NCBI GenBank assembly: GCA_963699735.1
Contig: CAVOUZ010000018.1
Location: 105,231 to 169,230, forward strand
Source: an uncultured Gammaproteobacteria bacterium
Lineage (GTDB): Bacteria > Pseudomonadota > Gammaproteobacteria > Chromatiales > Chromatiaceae
Length of the DNA: 64,000 nucleotides
Reading direction: 5' to 3'
Shown: in pieces, positions 60,215-64,000 of the stretch
Layout: each line of letters begins with the position of its first letter
Numbering within the stretch: position 1 is the first letter of the stretch
Made by a program: the position numbers and the translations under genes
The notes under the pieces: generated by a model
Seen by the model: the letters and a program-made list of their open reading frames with translations, nothing else
The model's database searches: none
Told to the model about the DNA's origin: nothing

Positions 60215-61510
60215 TCAGTCGATGAGAAAGATCCGGATTCCCTGCGGCTCTAGACGCAGGGTCTCCCGGTCACCCAGCCCCTCGCCGGGGCCGAGCGGTG
60301 TGATCTCGCGCAACTTCGCGCGCTCGCTCTGCATCGCGTCCGCCAGAGCGGCGCGGGAAAAGTCGCGACCCTGCCCCGCGTCGGGGTTGATGAGCGCGGC
60401 GGCGCGCTGCGACCCCTCGTCCAGACGCCTCAGCAGACCGACCACCGGCTCATCCGCGGACGTGAAGCGCCATTGAGGTCCTTCCGCATTCAGCACCGGG
60501 GTGTCCGCCTTCATGGCGTTCACCGCCCGGATGAATTCGCTGATGTCGAACTCGGGCTCCTCCCAGTCCTCCGGGCGGGTGCTCACCACGTGCAGGGGAC
60601 GCCGAAAACCCAGCTCGTATCCGATCGGCATCATCACGCCGCCCGAGAAGAATGCGGCGAAGAGGTACCAGAAGCGGGACGCCCGCTCGCTGCCCCCGTT
60701 TTGGGCGGCGAGCCGCTCGGTGTCGTGGCTCTCGGGGAAGGCGATGGAAGGGGCGACCCGGCGGAAGTGCTCGTACTGATCGAGCAGCCAGTCCGAGCGG
60801 AAGTCCCACCACTTGGCGCTGTTGAAGAAATAGTCGAAGCCAGCCGAGCTGAGCTGATCGACCTCCCGCAGTTGGGCGCCTAGGGTCTCGGCGAAGAAGC
60901 GCACCTCCCGATCGACCTCACGCGCCCCACGTATCAGCTCCTGCCAAACGACGCCTGGTATCTTGTAGGCTGCATCGCAGCGGAAGCCGCGAAAGCCCAG
61001 GCCCGTGTAGTGGGTCAGCAGACGGCTCCAGTAAGCGATCATCTCCGCTCGCTCCGGGCGCTCCCGATAATCGAGCTCGGCCAGGTCTTCCCATACCGTT
61101 ACGTGGCTCGGATCGTTGGGATCGACCGCGAAGGGCGAGCGCACCGCACCCGACTCGTCGCGCAGATACCAGCCCGGGTGGTCGGAGACCAGCCCGGAGT
61201 CCTTGGCGGTGTGGTTCACCACCAGGTCCATCATGACCTCCAGACCGGCGTCGGCTGCGGCCCTAGTGAAATGCTCCAGCACGGCGTGTGGGTGCTTCTT
61301 GCTCCCGCCCTGGAACAGTGGGTGCAGCCGGTAGTAGTCCTTCACCGAATAGAGGCTTCCGGAGGCGCCGGGATAATGGAAGGGATTCAGGAAGATCCAG
61401 TTGAACCCCATAGCGGCGATGTCGCCCAGACGCTCCTCCCAGGCGCTGACGGGACCGAGTAGCAAGGGGAACAAGTTGTAGATGCGGGGTCCCTGGGGCC
61501 CTGATGTCAT
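60215..61510 (-). CDS. GH13 alpha-amylase family glycosidase
   Basis: DLVVNH, GFRCDAAY, FAETL, ESHD catalytic regions. Confidence 0.92.
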   Translation of the reverse strand: MTSGPQGPRIYNLFPLLLGPVSAWEERLGDIAAMGFNWIFLNPFHYPGASGSLYSVKDYYRLHPLFQGGSKKHPHAVLEHFTRAAADAGLEVMMDLVVNHTAKDSGLVSDHPGWYLRDESGAVRSPFAVDPNDPSHVTVWEDLAELDYRERPERAEMIAYWSRLLTHYTGLGFRGFRCDAAYKIPGVVWQELIRGAREVDREVRFFAETLGAQLREVDQLSSAGFDYFFNSAKWWDFRSDWLLDQYEHFRRVAPSIAFPESHDTERLAAQNGGSERASRFWYLFAAFFSGGVMMPIGYELGFRRPLHVVSTRPEDWEEPEFDISEFIRAVNAMKADTPVLNAEGPQWRFTSADEPVVGLLRRLDEGSQRAAALINPDAGQGRDFSRAALADAMQSERAKLREITPLGPGEGLGDRETLRLEPQGIRIFLID

Positions 61511-61640
61511 TCTTTTCACTCCTGGGGATGGCAGCCGGCACAGCACCCGACGTGGGGCCCCTCGATCAGCCGTTCCTGGCCCGCACAAGGTGCCGCCTGG
61601 GGTCGGGGCTCCTGATGCCGCGACCTGGTGCAGCCTGTTC

Positions 61641-61657
61641 AGCAAAAACCAGGCCCA
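61641..61657 (-). promoter_or_regulatory. Sigma54 promoter candidate for the GH13 gene
   Basis: TGGGCCTGGTTTTTGCT = GG-N10-GC with TTGCT. Confidence 0.55.
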
Positions 61658-61780
61658 CCCCAAACGGGTGTCCAGCATCAGGGGCCATCGTGCTCACGAC
61701 GAGCATGGACCCGGGTTTATCCCACCTAAGCGGGTGGAAATCCACCCGAAACGCATCCTTTGCGGTCACGACCCCCGGAT

Positions 61781-63059
61781 CTATTCCGCATAGCCGATTC
61801 CAAAGTTCCGGACGCGGCGGGCGAAGTAGGGCGTGCGCCCTCGTGGCAGCACCACGACCCCGGAGGGGCTGACCGCGTAGCTCTTGGCATCGGCCTCCAG
61901 ATCGAAGCCGATCCGGGTATTTTTCTCGATCAGGTTGTGGCGGTCGACGACGACGCGGCGCAACCGGGCCCCGCTGCGCACCCGCGTGTAGTCCATGATG
62001 ATGCTGTCCTCGATCTCGGCTCCGTCCTCGATGACAGCCTCCCGGCGCACGATGGAGTTGCGCACGCGGGCGTCCTGGATGACGGTGGCCGCTCCGATCA
62101 GTGAATTGTCGATCTCCCCTCGGATGATCTGCGACACCGGCCCCTGATAGTTGCTCGAGTAGAGGGGCCACTGGGGGTTTAAGAGATCGAACCGGGGCTC
62201 GACCCCCAGCAGGGTCCCGGTGGGCCTCGTAATAGGCATCGATGGTGCCGACGTCGCGCCAGTAGCCCCGCTCTTCGTAGTCGTTGACCCCGGGGATCTC
62301 GTTGGTGGTGAAGTCGTAGGCAAAGACCCGGTGCGAGCGCAGCATGCGCGGGAGCACGTGGGTGCCGAAGTCGGTCTCACCGTGCTTGCTGGCGTCGCGC
62401 AGCGCCCGCACCAGACAGCCCGAGCTGAACAGATAGTTCCCCATGGAGGCATGGACCCGGCTGCTGTCACCAGGGATCGGCGTTCCCCGCTCCGGCTTCT
62501 CCTGGAACTCGCGCACGCGCCCGTCCGCATCGGCCGCGATGACGCCGAAGCTCGATGACTGATCCATCGGCACCGGCAGGGCCGCCACCGTGACCTCCGA
62601 CTCCCGCTCCAGATGGAAATTGATCATCTGGTTCACGTCCATGCGGTACACATGATCGGCCCCGAAGACCAGGATCAGCTCCGGGTGCTGATGCTCGATC
62701 AGATTGAGGTTCTGGCAAACCGCGTCCGCCGTCCCGCCGAACCAGCCTTGACCGCGCAGCATCTGCGGCGGGACCACGGTGACGAACTGGTCGGGAAACA
62801 GTGGGGATATGGTCCAGGCCTTGCCGATGTGCTCGATCAGCGACTGGGACTTGCACTGCACCAACAGATAGATGGTGAAGATCCCGGACGAGACCAGGTT
62901 GCTCAGCACGAAGTCTACTATCCGATAGCGAGACCCGAAGGGCACCGCCGGCTTGGACCGCTTGTCGGTCAGCGGGTGCAGTCGTGAACCCTGGCCGCCG
63001 GCCATGACGATGGCCATGATGCTGTTGGTGTATCGGTATCGTCGTTTGATCTGGGGCAT
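61781..63059 (-). CDS. glgC: Glucose-1-phosphate adenylyltransferase; 1-nt frameshift at ~62213
   Basis: [47 protein letters not shown]; beta-helix C-terminus in the second frame. Confidence 0.95.
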
Positions 63060-63162
63060 GAGAATCACCTCCAAAGGGCAATGGGCTCGAACATCGGACG
63101 GCGGAAGCCGTGCCGCCATCCGCGGCCCCCTCTACAAGGAGCGGGCAACCCTGTACCGACGA

Positions 63163-63179
63163 AGCAAGGATCGAGCCCA
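63163..63179 (-). promoter_or_regulatory. Sigma54 promoter candidate for glgC
   Basis: TGGGCTCGATCCTTGCT = GG-N10-GC with TTGCT. Confidence 0.55.
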
Positions 63180-63277
63180 ACTCGGCGGGCCTGACACGCC
63201 CGGGCTGGCGTCCTTCGGCAAAGGCTGCTTGAATCAGGCCTAGCGTCACACCAATCCGCCGACGAGGAGGCACGAGG

Positions 63278-63898
63278 ATGCAGCTCTTCTACAGCACCAC
63301 CTCGCCCTACGTCCGCAAGGTGCGGGCAACCATCATCGAGAAGGGTCTCGCCGGGCGCGTCGAGCTGCGTCTCGCGGACGCCCACGGGGTCGACGAGGCG
63401 CTGCGCGAGGCCAACCCGCTCAGCCGCATCCCGACCCTGATCCTGGATGACGGCAGTGCCCTCTACGACAGCCCGGTGATCTGCGCCTGGCTCGATCAGC
63501 AGGAGCCCGTGCCCCGCCTGATACCGGCCTCCGGCCCCGCCCACTGGACGGTGCGGCGCATGGAGGCCCTGGCGGACGGCATGCTCGACGATGCGGTGAT
63601 GGTGGTGATGGAGCGCCGCCGCCCCGAGGCTCGGCGCAGCATCGAGCTTCAGGTCTTCCGGCTGGAGTCGTTGGTGCGGGCCTGCGCCCGTCTGGATCAG
63701 GACCTGGCCGCCCTACCCCCCGACCTGAACCTGGGGCATATCGCCGCCGGCTGCGCGCTCGGCTATCTGGATTTCCGGCTGCCGGAGATCGACTGGCGCA
63801 CGCCCAACTCCGGGTTGGCCGACTGGTACGGCTCCTTTGCCCAGCGCAGCTCGATGGTGGAGACCATGCCGGGGGAGTCCGGCGCGGCTCCGAGATAG
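63278..63898 (+). CDS. Glutathione S-transferase family protein (YibF-like)
   Basis: TSPYVRKV, NPL..IPTL, LYDS.VI, CALGYLDFR. Confidence 0.93.
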   Translation: MQLFYSTTSPYVRKVRATIIEKGLAGRVELRLADAHGVDEALREANPLSRIPTLILDDGSALYDSPVICAWLDQQEPVPRLIPASGPAHWTVRRMEALADGMLDDAVMVVMERRRPEARRSIELQVFRLESLVRACARLDQDLAALPPDLNLGHIAAGCALGYLDFRLPEIDWRTPNSGLADWYGSFAQRSSMVETMPGESGAAPR

Positions 63899-64000
63899 GC
63901 GTCCGCGATCGAGTGCCAACGGCGCCCGGAGCAACCGATCATGATCCCAGCCGGGCTCATCCACATCGATCGGCCGCCCTGGATCGACGACCTCCTCGGC

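Overview
High-GC gammaproteobacterial chromosome segment. Gene content and order resemble purple sulfur bacteria (Chromatiaceae); this is an inference, not a database result. The backbone is housekeeping: tgt-yajC-secD-secF-apbE, dapD-yffB-dapE, trhP, prlC, ubiD, rpsF-rpsR-DUF2232-rplI-dnaB-radA, aceE-aceF, glgC. I saw no rRNA, tRNA, CRISPR array, intact transposase or prophage gene. Single-base frameshifts in secF, apbE, aceE, glgC and a DUF318 permease look like assembly indel errors. The most interesting signals are outside the ORF track: (1) a self-contained ~87-nt sRNA gene with two anti-Shine-Dalgarno motifs, next to an encapsulin-type ferritin that has no encapsulin; (2) an unannotated 56-aa gene with its own RBS, terminator and palindromic operator between nikR and msrA; (3) a ~190-nt multi-hairpin, GGA-rich element in the leader of an amino acid permease; (4) a sigma54 module in which a GAF-type activator faces a -24/-12 promoter for a STAS-like/histidine kinase fusion and an arylsulfatase; (5) three more sigma54-like promoters on glycogen/stress genes, two sharing an upstream CCACC-N6-GGTGG motif; (6) a formate dehydrogenase operon collapsed by several deletions. 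All product calls come from motifs recognised by eye.
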